From the NCBI GenBank assembly GCA_035256745.1, contig DATEXQ010000002.1, positions 1 through 38,480 on the forward strand: a DNA stretch of 38,480 nucleotides, in the 5' to 3' direction. Shown piece after piece: positions 10,601 to 19,548 of the stretch. The stretch's first letter is position 1, and the number at the start of each line of letters is the position of its first letter. The notes beneath the pieces were generated by a model. It saw only the letters and a program-made list of their open reading frames with translations. It was not told the origin of the DNA and searched no databases. This DNA is from Patescibacteria group bacterium (GTDB lineage Bacteria; Patescibacteriota; Microgenomatia; UBA8517). A program made the translations under genes and the position numbers.

Positions 10601-11086
10601 GCGGAAGATGAAACTAACGCTTTTAATTCAAGAGGACCTGTTTCAATAGCAGGAATCGTAAAAGAAGTGAGGATAATTATTACCAAAAGGGGAGGTAAAG
10701 AAATGGCTTTTGCAAAAATAGAAGATACAACAGGTTCTATAAATTTAGTTATATTTCCTTCAATATATAGCGAAACCAAAAGCTTATGGATAGAAGATAA
10801 TATTATTTTAGTTAACGGTAAAATAGATAAAAGAGACGACGAATTCTCCTTGATTGTAGAGGGAGTCGAATCAAAAGATATTTCTAACAAGCTATATATC
10901 AGAATTCCCAAAGATACTACTAAAAATCAATTAAAAAGGATGAAGGAGATACTTGTTGAAAATCTGGGAAATCAGTTGGTAACATTGGTTTTTGAAGGAA
11001 GTAAAGAAAAAATCAATCTTCCTTTTAAGGTAAACTGGAGTGAGAATTTGGCGAGAAAAATCACCATAGTTTTGGAAAAAAAATAA
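7610..11086 (+). CDS. dnaE: DNA polymerase III alpha subunit
   Basis: 1158 aa. N-terminal PHP motif FVHLHVHTEYSLLDG, a palm/fingers region (GLIKFDILGIRNL) and a C-terminal OB region. Confidence 0.97.
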   Translation: MMTKSFVHLHVHTEYSLLDGLSKLKPLISYVKENDMDYLAITDHGAMYGVIDFYKLAKAQGVKPILGIEGYTTNINHRERGEREKIQNFHIILLAKNKEGYKNLMKLTSIAHLEGYYYRPRVDRETLAKYSKGLICTSACPQGEVSQALINEDHEKAKKTALWYLDVFGEDYYLEVQRHKYADFVSAIKNTELRASVSKMADNEEIINKGILKLSRDLAIPIVATNDAHYIKKEDATAQDALVCIATGKNTTDIKRLRFIDTPAFHITTPSEMYELFSDMKDAVENTIKVAQKCELELTLGKWYFPEFQVPENTNPEKYLKNLIYERFPQKIKNITKDIKKRLDYEIGIITDKGYAPYFLIVTDMVNWANNQGIITNTRGSVAGSLVSFVLGITTVNPLKYYLPFERFLNPFRPSPPDIDFDVSDNRREEVIEYICQKYGKEKVAQICTFGRMLSRSSVRDVARVLGYEYNIGDRIAKLIPPPKQGFPITIPKALEDVEELKELYDNDKDAKKILDLAVQIEGNARHLSVHAAGLVVAPKTLTDFTPIQKEPSGEKIITQYEMHSCEEVGLIKFDILGIRNLSILGSAVEMVNKVEGKNIDLTKIPLDDKKTFNMLGRGETMGAFQLSGSGMTKYIKDLKPTRIEDLMVMVALYRPGPIAVIPDYIKRKRNPKLVKYLDPRMKKFLEASYGLLVYQDDLLFCAIELAGYSWEEADKFRKAVGKKIPEEMAAQKERFIKGVVENGQTKDFAENLWKLFEPFQAYGFNKAHAASYGMVAYQTAYMKANYPVEFMTALLSAESSDKEKVTTAINECRRMKISVLAPDINESEEDFKIEEDKKSLNKKAIRFGLNAIKNVGVAAIAAILEAREEGPFNSFADFLSKVDSRRVNKKVLESLIKVGALSKFGKRATLLSSIDEIRDKVGKKVKNDQQGLFSQEDIGKNSKSLSSMNLIDIPEFQEKELQNLEKELLGFSLSGKPLVELLGNLEIKASHRIEDIAEDETNAFNSRGPVSIAGIVKEVRIIITKRGGKEMAFAKIEDTTGSINLVIFPSIYSETKSLWIEDNIILVNGKIDKRDDEFSLIVEGVESKDISNKLYIRIPKDTTKNQLKRMKEILVENLGNQLVTLVFEGSKEKINLPFKVNWSENLARKITIVLEKK

Positions 11087-11090
11087 GTTC

Positions 11091-11119
11091 TTGAGCGTAA
11101 ACTTGGGATGTAGTAAAAT
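11091..11119 (+). promoter_or_regulatory. Candidate promoter for rplS (TTGAGC-17-TAAAAT), leaving an 18-nt SD-less leader
   Basis: Hexamers and 17-nt spacer read directly from the sequence. Confidence 0.4.
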
Positions 11120-11137
11120 ATCATTTTCAATAACAAC

Positions 11138-11560
11138 ATGGCACTATTTGCAAAATATAAAGACAGTCCCCAATTTGGAACAGGAGATAAAATTAGAATA
11201 ACCCAAAGAATAAAAGAGGGAGGTAAAGAAAGAACCCAGGCTTTTGAAGGTATGGTTATAGCAATTAAAGGAGGGGGTATAAGTAAAACTTTTACTGTTC
11301 GAAAAATAGGAGTGCATCAAATTGGAATAGAAAGGATATTTCAGATAATGTCTCCCAATATAGAAAAAATCGAAGTAATTAAATCTGGGGTAAAAGGCGT
11401 CAAAAGTGCGAAACTCTACTATACTAGGATAAAACCCAAAAAAGAGATAGACAAAATATATGCCAGGGCAGCAAGAAAAGATAAACCAGTCATTTTATCT
11501 TCGAAAAGGAAATCTGAAGTTAAAAAAGCAAAAAAGACTTCTAAAACTTTAAGTAGGTAA
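11138..11560 (+). CDS. rplS: 50S ribosomal protein L19 with a Lys-rich C-terminal extension
   Basis: GDKIRITQRIKEGGKERTQAFEGMVIA..TFTVRKI..GIERIF...SAKLYYTR matches the L19 pattern. 140 aa versus about 115 aa typical. Confidence 0.93.
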   Translation: MALFAKYKDSPQFGTGDKIRITQRIKEGGKERTQAFEGMVIAIKGGGISKTFTVRKIGVHQIGIERIFQIMSPNIEKIEVIKSGVKGVKSAKLYYTRIKPKKEIDKIYARAARKDKPVILSSKRKSEVKKAKKTSKTLSR

Positions 11561-11610
11561 AAAATAATAAACGATAAAAGTTATTTCTTCAGATATTTAT
11601 TTATATTTAA

Positions 11611-12222
11611 ATGAATAATATAGAAAGGCTAATTGTAGGGGAATTTAATACAAATTGTTATCTTCTTTATGATAAATTGAGTAAAAAGACATTAATTATA
11701 GATCCAGGTGATGACCCCGATTATATTATAAGTTCTATTTTAAAATTAAATTTAAAACCTTTTGGGATTTTGGCTACCCACGGACATTTTGATCATATAT
11801 TGGGAGCATTCGAAGTCCAAAAAGCATTTAAAATTCCCTTCATGATTAATAAAAATGACTTATTTTTACTGAAAGATATGTCTAAAAGAGCCAAATATTT
11901 CTTAAAATTTAAATCAGATCCTTCCCCCGATGTTGATAAATTTTTGTATGATGGTTTAAAGATTAGGATTGGAGATAATGAAGTAAAAGTAATTGAAACA
12001 CCGGGACATACTCCGGGAAGCATATCTTTATATATAAGAAGCTTAAAGGTTATTTTCGTAGGAGATTTAGTTTTCGAAGGCAAATCTTTAGGGAGAACAG
12101 ATTTTAAATATTCTTGTTATGAAGATCTTATTAAATCTCTTAAAAAGATTGTTGCACTACCGATCAATACAGTCGTTTATCCGGGGCACGGAAATTCAAT
12201 AAAAATTAAAACGCTTCTATAA
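11611..12222 (+). CDS. MBL-fold metallo-hydrolase (glyoxalase II-like)
   Basis: THGHFDHI metal motif, TPGHTPGS and a C-terminal PGHG. Confidence 0.85.
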   Translation: MNNIERLIVGEFNTNCYLLYDKLSKKTLIIDPGDDPDYIISSILKLNLKPFGILATHGHFDHILGAFEVQKAFKIPFMINKNDLFLLKDMSKRAKYFLKFKSDPSPDVDKFLYDGLKIRIGDNEVKVIETPGHTPGSISLYIRSLKVIFVGDLVFEGKSLGRTDFKYSCYEDLIKSLKKIVALPINTVVYPGHGNSIKIKTLL

Positions 12223-12242
12223 TTAAGATGTAGTTTTTCCCC

Positions 12243-12271
12243 TTGAATAATTAAATTAAAGAATATATAGT
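12243..12271 (+). promoter_or_regulatory. Candidate promoter TTGAAT-17-TATAGT; the -10 ends 7 nt before the ATG at 12279 (leaderless-type)
   Basis: Hexamers, spacer and distance counted directly from the sequence. Confidence 0.45.
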
Positions 12272-12278
12272 CTATTAG

Positions 12279-12932
12279 ATGAATCTAAAATCAGAACTTA
12301 ATAAAAAGAAAGAATCGATAGTATCTTACCAAAAAAACATTTTAAAAAACCCGAAAAAGAAATGGACATTTATTATTGGTTTTGTAATTGTTCTACTTTT
12401 AATATTAGTCTATTTAAACTTAGGGATTTTTTTAGCGGCAACAGTAAACGGTCAGCCAATAACAAGACTACAATTAGCCAAAGAATTAGAAAAACAGGGC
12501 GGAAAACAAGTTTTGGATTCAATAATTACACAAAAACTTATAGACCAAGAGGCCAAGAAAAAAGGTATTGTCGTTTCACAGCAAGATTTGGATAACGAAA
12601 TAAAAGCGATAGAAAATCAGCTTAAAGCCCAAGGAACGGATTTGGATACGGCATTAGCATTTCAAGGACAAACCAGAGCTCAATTGCAAGATTCTTTAAA
12701 ATTAAAAATTCAAGTAGAAAAGCTAATTGCGGATAAAATTTCAATAAGTGAGGAAGAAATTACTACATATTTCAATGAAAACAAGACAAGCTTTGTTGAA
12801 AACGCAAAACTTGAGGATGTTAAAAGTCAAATAACGGAAACCATAAGACAAACAAAACTGTCACAGGAATATCAAACTTGGCTTCAAGAATTAAAATCAA
12901 TTTCTAAGATAAACTACCTCATAAATTTTTAA
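12279..12932 (+). CDS. Membrane-anchored SurA/PrsA N-terminal-like chaperone-domain protein (no PPIase domain seen)
   Basis: One TM helix (residues about 30-50) followed by a helical Gln/Lys/Glu-rich domain resembling SurA_N-type proteins. Family call is tentative. Confidence 0.55.
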   Translation: MNLKSELNKKKESIVSYQKNILKNPKKKWTFIIGFVIVLLLILVYLNLGIFLAATVNGQPITRLQLAKELEKQGGKQVLDSIITQKLIDQEAKKKGIVVSQQDLDNEIKAIENQLKAQGTDLDTALAFQGQTRAQLQDSLKLKIQVEKLIADKISISEEEITTYFNENKTSFVENAKLEDVKSQITETIRQTKLSQEYQTWLQELKSISKINYLINF

Positions 12933-12956
12933 AATAATAATAATCCTTTCTTGTTT

Positions 12957-12984
12957 TTGTTAAAATCATCGATATTGATATAAT
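12957..12984 (+). promoter_or_regulatory. Candidate promoter for ruvC: TTGTTA-16-TGaTATAAT (extended -10); the -10 ends 6 nt before the ATG at 12991
   Basis: Perfect TATAAT at 12979-12984 with TG at 12976-12977. Distance to the ATG counted directly. Confidence 0.5.
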
Positions 12985-12990
12985 TTAACT

Positions 12991-13524
12991 ATGCTTATAT
13001 TGGGAATAGATCCGGGAACGGCAACAACGGGTTATGGTTATATAAAATTTGAAGGAACTACATATGAAGCTTTGTCTTGGGGATTAATTGAAACCGATAA
13101 AGAAAGTCTTCCTGGAAAAAGATTAATAAGTATTTACGAAAAAATGTCTGCTTTATTTAAAGAAAACAAACCAGATGTTATTGCTATAGAAAAACTTTTC
13201 TTTGCAACAAATGCAAAAACAGCCATGAGAGTAGGTCAAGCCCAAGGTGTAATGTTTTATTGCGCTGCTAAAGCAAATATTGATGTTTATGAATATGCAC
13301 CAGGGACTATTAAAAAGATGATAGCCGGAAGCGGAAGAGCGGATAAAAAGGAAATGCAAAGGTCACTTAGAAAAATATTTGGGAAAAAAGTAAGAAGCAA
13401 AGCCAAACAAAGGACGCATTTTGACAATGCTGCAGATGCCTTAGCTGTTGCCTTATGTCATATTTATAAGATTTCAAATAATGGTTTGATCAAAGATGCC
13501 TCTAAGGGGGTGAAAATGAAATGA
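12991..13524 (+). CDS. ruvC: Holliday junction resolvase RuvC
   Basis: ILGIDPGTATTGYG N-terminus and the DNAADALAVALCH C-terminal catalytic motif. Confidence 0.93.
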   Translation: MLILGIDPGTATTGYGYIKFEGTTYEALSWGLIETDKESLPGKRLISIYEKMSALFKENKPDVIAIEKLFFATNAKTAMRVGQAQGVMFYCAAKANIDVYEYAPGTIKKMIAGSGRADKKEMQRSLRKIFGKKVRSKAKQRTHFDNAADALAVALCHIYKISNNGLIKDASKGVKMK

Positions 13525-13778
13525 ATTACTACAAAATAGGAGCTGTTACTCATTATTACGATAAAATAAATGTAGCTGTTGTTGAATTGGAGAGTGATAT
13601 TGCAACAGGAGATAAAATTAAATTTTCAAGGGGAGGAGAAGACATGTTCGAACAGGAGGTGGAATCGATGCAGGTTGAACATGAGAAGATAGAGAAAGCT
13701 GGTAAAGGTGATACAATAGGCTTGAAAGTAAAAGAGGAGGTTAAAGAAGGTGCAGAGGTTTTCAAATTATCTTCCTAA
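13521..13778 (+). CDS. Small EF-Tu domain-2-like beta-barrel protein ('translation elongation factor-like protein')
   Basis: 85 aa. GAVTHYYDKINVAVVEL...GDKIKF...FEQEVESMQVEHEKIEKAGKGDTIGLKV resembles stand-alone barrel proteins annotated this way. The start overlaps the ruvC stop (ATGA). Confidence 0.55.
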   Translation: MNYYKIGAVTHYYDKINVAVVELESDIATGDKIKFSRGGEDMFEQEVESMQVEHEKIEKAGKGDTIGLKVKEEVKEGAEVFKLSS

Positions 13779-14169
13779 AAGAAAAGGTAAAGTAGAGTGG
13801 GAAAGTGCCCCTGATATAAAGAGAAAAGTATCAAAATTAATAAGTAACCTAGATATAAATTGGGTTAAAAAATCTAGGTTATTTTGTTTCAGAAGTTACG
13901 GAACAAGAACTTATGCCAGAGCAAGAATTTGGGGTTTGGTTAAAATTTGGCAAAAAGCCCTAAAGGTAAAACCAGCCTATATAATAGAAGTAATTTCCCA
14001 AAATTTTGATAATTTAAATAATTCGGAAAAGGAAGAAACTTTACTTCATGAACTTGCACATATCCCCAGAAATTTCTCAGGATCTTTAATTCCGCACTTT
14101 AGGAAAGGTAAAAGAAATTTTAAAGACAGAGTTAAAAGATTAGTCGTACAATATAAAGGTATAAAATAA
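13750..14169 (+). CDS. Small HExxH zinc-metallopeptidase-like protein (SprT/COG4900-like, tentative)
   Basis: HELAHI motif preceded by ARARIWGL...IIEV..., about 139 aa and basic. The only in-frame start is a GTG at 13750, overlapping the upstream gene by 29 nt. Confidence 0.5.
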   Translation: MQRFSNYLPKRKGKVEWESAPDIKRKVSKLISNLDINWVKKSRLFCFRSYGTRTYARARIWGLVKIWQKALKVKPAYIIEVISQNFDNLNNSEKEETLLHELAHIPRNFSGSLIPHFRKGKRNFKDRVKRLVVQYKGIK

Positions 14170-14179
14170 ATATTAATTT

Positions 14180-14848
14180 ATGAAAATTGTAGTTATTCAT
14201 GGAGAAAATACAAACGATTCCCTCAAAAGGTTAATTTACATAGAATCTGTAGCTAAAATAAAAAAATGGCAAATCGTAAAAATTAATGAAAATACAAATA
14301 TAAAAGAAACATTAATATCACCCTCACTTTTTAAGGAAGAAAAATTCTTTATTTTGGAAAATCCAAATAAAATAAACAAAAAAGATATTTTATGGTTATC
14401 CAAAAATATAGAAAACTTAAAAGGAAATATGTTAATTTTTGAAAAAGGAAATATTTCGGTAACTTTCTTGAAAAATCTGGGGAAAAACATAAAAATAGAA
14501 GAATATAAGCTTCAAAATACTATTTTTAAATTTCTGGAATCGTTTTATCCTTCATCTAAAACTTGTATAAATTATCTTTATCAAGTTATTGAAAAAGAAC
14601 CTATTGAATTTGTATTCCTGCTTCTTGCCAGGCAACTGAAAGACCTTTATTTGGTAAAAATGGAACCATCATCAATACCCTACGCTTCTTGGCGTGTAAA
14701 AAAACTTGAGTTTCAATCATCTAAATTTACCTTGAATAAATTAAAAAGAATAATTGGATTATTGGCGGAAATTGATGTTAAGGCAAAAACTTCTAAAGCT
14801 ACACTTATTGATTCACTTGACCTTCTAATTGCCAGCGAATTAGAATGA
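14180..14848 (+). CDS. holA: DNA polymerase III delta subunit-like protein (short, 222 aa)
   Basis: Weak HolA-like pattern (N-terminal IHGEN.., LLARQLKDLYLVK, LAEIDVKAKTSKA..DSLDLLI). About 100 aa shorter than typical HolA. Confidence 0.5.
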   Translation: MKIVVIHGENTNDSLKRLIYIESVAKIKKWQIVKINENTNIKETLISPSLFKEEKFFILENPNKINKKDILWLSKNIENLKGNMLIFEKGNISVTFLKNLGKNIKIEEYKLQNTIFKFLESFYPSSKTCINYLYQVIEKEPIEFVFLLLARQLKDLYLVKMEPSSIPYASWRVKKLEFQSSKFTLNKLKRIIGLLAEIDVKAKTSKATLIDSLDLLIASELE

Positions 14849-14852
14849 ATGT

Positions 14853-16184
14853 GTGAAATCAAATTTATTTGGTACTAGCGGTATAAGAGGAGACGCTGAA
14901 AAACTTTTTACAAGTCAATTCTGCTTCGATATAGGAAGAGCTTTCGCTATATTTTTAAGCAAAAACAAAAAAAATTCTGCTATCGCCATAGGAATGGATC
15001 CTCGTAATTCAAGTCCAAGAATAAAAGAAATGATCATCTCCGGGCTTTTATACCAAAAAAAAGAGGTTTTTGACGAAGGTGCATCTCCCATACCGGCAAT
15101 AAATTACATACTTAAAGTATGTAGTGAATTTTCAGGCAGTATTATGGTATCAGGAAGTCATATAATGCCTGATTTAAACGGTATTAAATTTTTTGCATTT
15201 GAAGAGGAAATATCTAAAAAACAGGAAATAGAAATTGAAAATATATATCAAGAGATTAAAAACAAAGTAAAATCAAGAAAAATTGATTCAGATATTCATT
15301 ACGAAAATAGAGCTAATCAGGAATATCAGGAAAATTTAATTAAATATGCAAATTCCCCGTATCCAAAATGGAAAATAGTCGTTGACCCCGGAGATGGAGC
15401 TCAATCCGATACTATGCCGCAGGTTTTAAGAAGATTGGGAATAGATGTAATAGAGATTAACTCAACCATACAGGGTCAGTTTTTTGCAAGAGATACAGAG
15501 GTTAAGTCTAACATGTCAGATCTCATAAAAAAGGTAAAAGAGGTCAAGGCAGATTTTGGGATTGGATATGATGCAGACGGAGACAGGGTAGTTTTTATTG
15601 ACGAGAAAGGAAATTTTATACCTGGAGATTATACGGGTACATTAATTGCAAGAGATATTCCGGGAGAAAGTATTGTTACTCCAATTAGTAGTTCACAGGT
15701 TGTAGATAAAATCGGTAAAACTGTATTTAGAACCAAAGTTGGATCTCCTTATGTGGTTGATAAGATGAAAGAAGTAAAGTCATCATTCGGTTTTGAAGCA
15801 AATGGAGGGGGGATATTTCCTGAAATGCTTAGTCGTGATGGAGGGCGTACTACCATAGAGATATTAAATATACTTGCTCGTGAAGGAAAAAGATTGTCGA
15901 ATGTTATATCCGAACTTCCCAAGTACTATATATTAAGAGATAAGATATCATATAAATGGGAACTTAAGGATAAAATAATAAGAGAAGCCAAGATAAATTT
16001 TAAAGGAGAAAAAATTGAGGAAATAGACGGATTGAAAATATGGATAGATGACAATACCTGGATACTTTTTCGATCATCTCTTAATGCACCTGAATTTAGA
16101 GTATTCGTAGAAAGCAAATCAAATGAAAAGGCTAAAGATCTTATTAAGAAAGGATTGGATTTTGTAAAAAAGCAAATAGAATGA
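14853..16184 (+). CDS. Phosphohexomutase family enzyme (phosphomannomutase/phosphoglucomutase/phosphoglucosamine mutase type)
   Basis: GTSGIRG, an active-site loop SGSHIMPDLNGIKF and the Mg site GYDADGDR. GTG start. Confidence 0.85.
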   Translation: MKSNLFGTSGIRGDAEKLFTSQFCFDIGRAFAIFLSKNKKNSAIAIGMDPRNSSPRIKEMIISGLLYQKKEVFDEGASPIPAINYILKVCSEFSGSIMVSGSHIMPDLNGIKFFAFEEEISKKQEIEIENIYQEIKNKVKSRKIDSDIHYENRANQEYQENLIKYANSPYPKWKIVVDPGDGAQSDTMPQVLRRLGIDVIEINSTIQGQFFARDTEVKSNMSDLIKKVKEVKADFGIGYDADGDRVVFIDEKGNFIPGDYTGTLIARDIPGESIVTPISSSQVVDKIGKTVFRTKVGSPYVVDKMKEVKSSFGFEANGGGIFPEMLSRDGGRTTIEILNILAREGKRLSNVISELPKYYILRDKISYKWELKDKIIREAKINFKGEKIEEIDGLKIWIDDNTWILFRSSLNAPEFRVFVESKSNEKAKDLIKKGLDFVKKQIE

Positions 16185-17248
16185 TAGATATTAATTCTAA
16201 CGATGAAATAAAAAAATTTGATACGGGTTTTGTATTGGATTCAATAAGAAAACTTCCTGATCAAGTTGAACAGGCTTGGAAAGAGATAAAACTTCTTCCC
16301 ACTCCTAAAGAATGTTCATTGGCAAAAAATGTAGTCATAGCAGGAATGGGAGGTTCGGCCTTGGGAGGAAGAATTATAGATTCGTTAATTCCCGAAAGAG
16401 CAAGAACCCCGATTGAAGTTTTTACCCAATTTCATATTCCAAAATATGTTAATAAAGATACTCTTGTAATAATTTCTTCTTATTCAGGAAATACAGAAGA
16501 AACTATTTCCGATTTTTATGAAGCCTTAAACAAAAATGCACAGATTTTCGGTATTACAACAGGAGGTAAATTAGCTGAATTATTCAAACAAAATAACATT
16601 CCTTCATATATTTTTGAACCTAAAGAAAATCCATCCGGTCAACCCAGATTTGGTTTGGGTTATTCTGTTGCCGGAATCTTAGCTTTATTATCACGTTGCG
16701 AATTCATTTTTACTTTGGATGAAGAAATGGAGAAATGTGTTGAGGAAATAAGAAAATTAACAAAAGATTTTGATGTAACAAAACCTCAAAATTCAAATTT
16801 GGCAAAAAGTATTGCTTTAAAATTTCATAATACTATTCCTATTCTTGTCGCCAGCGAACATTTATTGGGAAGTGCCCATTCTTTTAAAAATCAAATAAAC
16901 GAAACTGCGAAATCATTTAGTTCTTTATTTGATATACCCGAACTTAACCATCATTTAATGGAAGGATTAAAATATCCTTCCAAGTCAAAAGAACTTCTAA
17001 ACTTTCTTTTTATAGAATCCAAACTTTATTCTCCTAATGTAATAAAGCGTTATCCTATTACAATGGATGTTGTCGGCAAGAATAGTATTAATTATTTTAA
17101 ATATACGGCCTTGCTTGAAACTAAAATGATGCAGGTTTTTGAAATTATGATACTCGGATCATTCGTATCTTTTTACTTGGCACTTCTTTACGGTGCTGAC
17201 CCCAAATCCATTCCCTGGGTTGATTATTTTAAGGAGAAATTAAGGTAA
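16181..17248 (+). CDS. Bifunctional phosphoglucose/phosphomannose isomerase (SIS-domain, archaeal-type PGI/PMI)
   Basis: GMGGSALGG and SSYSGNTEET motifs typical of the PGI/PMI family. The start overlaps the upstream stop (ATGA). Confidence 0.8.
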   Translation: MIDINSNDEIKKFDTGFVLDSIRKLPDQVEQAWKEIKLLPTPKECSLAKNVVIAGMGGSALGGRIIDSLIPERARTPIEVFTQFHIPKYVNKDTLVIISSYSGNTEETISDFYEALNKNAQIFGITTGGKLAELFKQNNIPSYIFEPKENPSGQPRFGLGYSVAGILALLSRCEFIFTLDEEMEKCVEEIRKLTKDFDVTKPQNSNLAKSIALKFHNTIPILVASEHLLGSAHSFKNQINETAKSFSSLFDIPELNHHLMEGLKYPSKSKELLNFLFIESKLYSPNVIKRYPITMDVVGKNSINYFKYTALLETKMMQVFEIMILGSFVSFYLALLYGADPKSIPWVDYFKEKLR

Positions 17249-17277
17249 TTCATAATTTTTAGTTTTTAATCTATAAT
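17249..17277 (+). promoter_or_regulatory. Candidate promoter for ppsA: TTCATA-17-TATAAT; the -10 ends 9 nt before the ATG at 17287
   Basis: Perfect TATAAT at 17272-17277. Counted directly from the sequence. Confidence 0.4.
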
Positions 17278-17286
17278 TGATAAAGA

Positions 17287-19539
17287 ATGTCTGCCCAACC
17301 TCTAATTTTAGAATTTAAAGAAATAAATAAAGAAGACTCCTCAATTGTGGGTGGAAAAGGAGCGAATTTGGGTGAAATGGTGAATTCCGGCTTTCCGGTT
17401 CCACAAGGTTTTGCAATCACAATCTATGCATATGATATTTTCTTAAAAGAAAATAAGTTAATAAAAAAGATATACGATATTTTAAAAATAACCGATGTAA
17501 ATGATCCCCAGCAATTAAAATCTGCTTCTACAAAAATTAGAAGTTTAATAAATGAGGGAGTTGTTCCAAAAGAAATATTTTCTAAAGTTAATTCAGCTTA
17601 TAAAAAATTATCCGGTACTTTCTCAAATGCATTCGTTGCGGTGAGGTCTTCTGCAACGGCAGAAGATCTACCTGGTACTTCTTTTGCAGGTCAGCAAATC
17701 ACATATTTGAATATTAAAGGAGAAGCCTCTCTTATTAATTCAGTAAGGGAATGCTGGGCATCTCTTTTTACCGAACGTTCCATTTTTTATCGCGTACAAA
17801 ATAAAATCCCACACGAAAAAGTAAAAGTATGCGTAATTATACAGAAAATGATTTTTTCTGAAGTATCAGGAGTTATATTTACGATAGATCCCGTTACTAA
17901 CGAAAAGGATAAAATTATAATAGAAGCAATTTGGGGGCTTGGAGAATTAATTGTTCAGGGATCGGTTGTACCTGATAGGTATTTAATTCAAAAAGGAACT
18001 TTTGCCATACTTTCAAAAGAAATATCGAGTCAAACCGTTATGCTTGTCAGAGCAAAAAATGGCATAAAAGAAGTAAAAGTTCCTAAAAAAATGGTTGATA
18101 AGCAAAAAATAAAAGATGAGGAAATAATATGGCTTGGTAAAATTGCGGACAAACTTCAAAATCACTATTATTTTCCACAAGACATTGAATGGGCTAAAGA
18201 AAAAAATAAAATAAGTATTGTACAGACAAGACCCGTAACGACTATTCAGAAAATTACCACAAAGAAAAAGACAAAAGATTTTATTGATATTACTGCACCC
18301 ATTTTAACCGGAACTTCAGCAAGTCCGGGTATAGGAACCGGTCCAGTAAAAATAATCAAAGATGCAAGTGAAATTTCAAAAGTTCACGAAGGAGATGTAT
18401 TGGTTTCTGTTATGACTTCTCCCGATTTTGTTCCAGCAATGAAAAAGGCATGCGCCATAGTAACCGATAAAGGAGGATTAACCTCTCATGCCGCTATTGT
18501 TTCTCGAGAACTAGGCGTTCCTTGTGTTGTGGGAACAAATGACGCCACAAAGAAATTAAAAGAATCTTTAATTGTAAGTGTGGATGGAAGTAGAGGTTTA
18601 GTATATTTGGGAAATAAAATAAAGGTAGAAATTAAAAATGAAATAAAAGAGAAGGAATATAAAGGTAAAACAGCAACAAGAGTTTACTTAAATTTGGCAG
18701 AACCCCAAAGAGCAATCGAATTATCCAAATTAAATGTAGACGGAGTAGGACTTCTCAGAGCTGAATTTATGATTGCGAATATTGGAATTCATCCCAAAGA
18801 GGCAATAAAGATGAGGAAACAAGACGATTATGTACTGAAATTGGCAAAAGATATAGCTAGATTTTGTTCCGCATTTTATCCAAGACCTGTTGTTTATAGA
18901 GCAACGGATTTTAAAACCAACGAATATAGAATTTTAAAAGGAGGAAAAGCATGGGAACCAGAGGAATCCAATCCCATGCTGGGATTTAGAGGTGCCTTTC
19001 GTTATATAGCAAGCCCGGAAGTATTTGCTCTCGAATTAAAAGCCATAAAATTAGTCAGAAAGAAATATAAAAATTTGTGGTTGATGGTTCCTTACGTACG
19101 ATCACCCGAAGAATTGGCAAGAGTAAGAAGAATTGTTGCAGCAGAAGAATTATTTCAAAGCCCAACCTTTAAATTTTGGATGATGGTGGAACTTCCTGTT
19201 AATGTGATTATGTTTGATGATTTTGTAAAAGTTGGTATTGACGGCGTATCAATAGGATCAAATGATTTGACAATGCTTTTAACCGGAACCGATAGGGATA
19301 ATGAAGAGGTCGCAAAAGCATTTGACGAGAATTCCGACGTTGTTTCGTGGTCTTTTAAAAGAATTATTAATAAGTGTAACAAATTTGGAATAAGTTCATC
19401 TATATGTGGACAAGCACCCTCAACATATGATGAAATGGTAAGAAAATTAGTAAGATTCGGAATAACAAGTATTTCTGTTAATCCCGATGCAATCAATAGG
19501 GTCAGAAAGATTATTGCAGAAACAGAAGATAATTTATAA
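17287..19539 (+). CDS. ppsA: Phosphoenolpyruvate synthase (pyruvate, water dikinase)
   Basis: N-terminal ATP-grasp region (VGGKGANLGEM), phospho-His domain GGLTSHAAIVSRELGVPCVVG and a C-terminal PEP-utilising domain with SICGQAPS. Confidence 0.9.
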   Translation: MSAQPLILEFKEINKEDSSIVGGKGANLGEMVNSGFPVPQGFAITIYAYDIFLKENKLIKKIYDILKITDVNDPQQLKSASTKIRSLINEGVVPKEIFSKVNSAYKKLSGTFSNAFVAVRSSATAEDLPGTSFAGQQITYLNIKGEASLINSVRECWASLFTERSIFYRVQNKIPHEKVKVCVIIQKMIFSEVSGVIFTIDPVTNEKDKIIIEAIWGLGELIVQGSVVPDRYLIQKGTFAILSKEISSQTVMLVRAKNGIKEVKVPKKMVDKQKIKDEEIIWLGKIADKLQNHYYFPQDIEWAKEKNKISIVQTRPVTTIQKITTKKKTKDFIDITAPILTGTSASPGIGTGPVKIIKDASEISKVHEGDVLVSVMTSPDFVPAMKKACAIVTDKGGLTSHAAIVSRELGVPCVVGTNDATKKLKESLIVSVDGSRGLVYLGNKIKVEIKNEIKEKEYKGKTATRVYLNLAEPQRAIELSKLNVDGVGLLRAEFMIANIGIHPKEAIKMRKQDDYVLKLAKDIARFCSAFYPRPVVYRATDFKTNEYRILKGGKAWEPEESNPMLGFRGAFRYIASPEVFALELKAIKLVRKKYKNLWLMVPYVRSPEELARVRRIVAAEELFQSPTFKFWMMVELPVNVIMFDDFVKVGIDGVSIGSNDLTMLLTGTDRDNEEVAKAFDENSDVVSWSFKRIINKCNKFGISSSICGQAPSTYDEMVRKLVRFGITSISVNPDAINRVRKIIAETEDNL

Positions 19540-19548
19540 ATTTATATT

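Noticed and set aside
13750-13778. A possible programmed +1 frameshift fusing the 85-aa barrel protein to the HExxH protein.
   Set aside because: The overlap (GTGCAGAGGTTTTCAAATTATCTTCCTAA) contains no recognisable slippery or RF2-like shift site. An in-frame GTG start is available, so two separate genes is the simpler reading.
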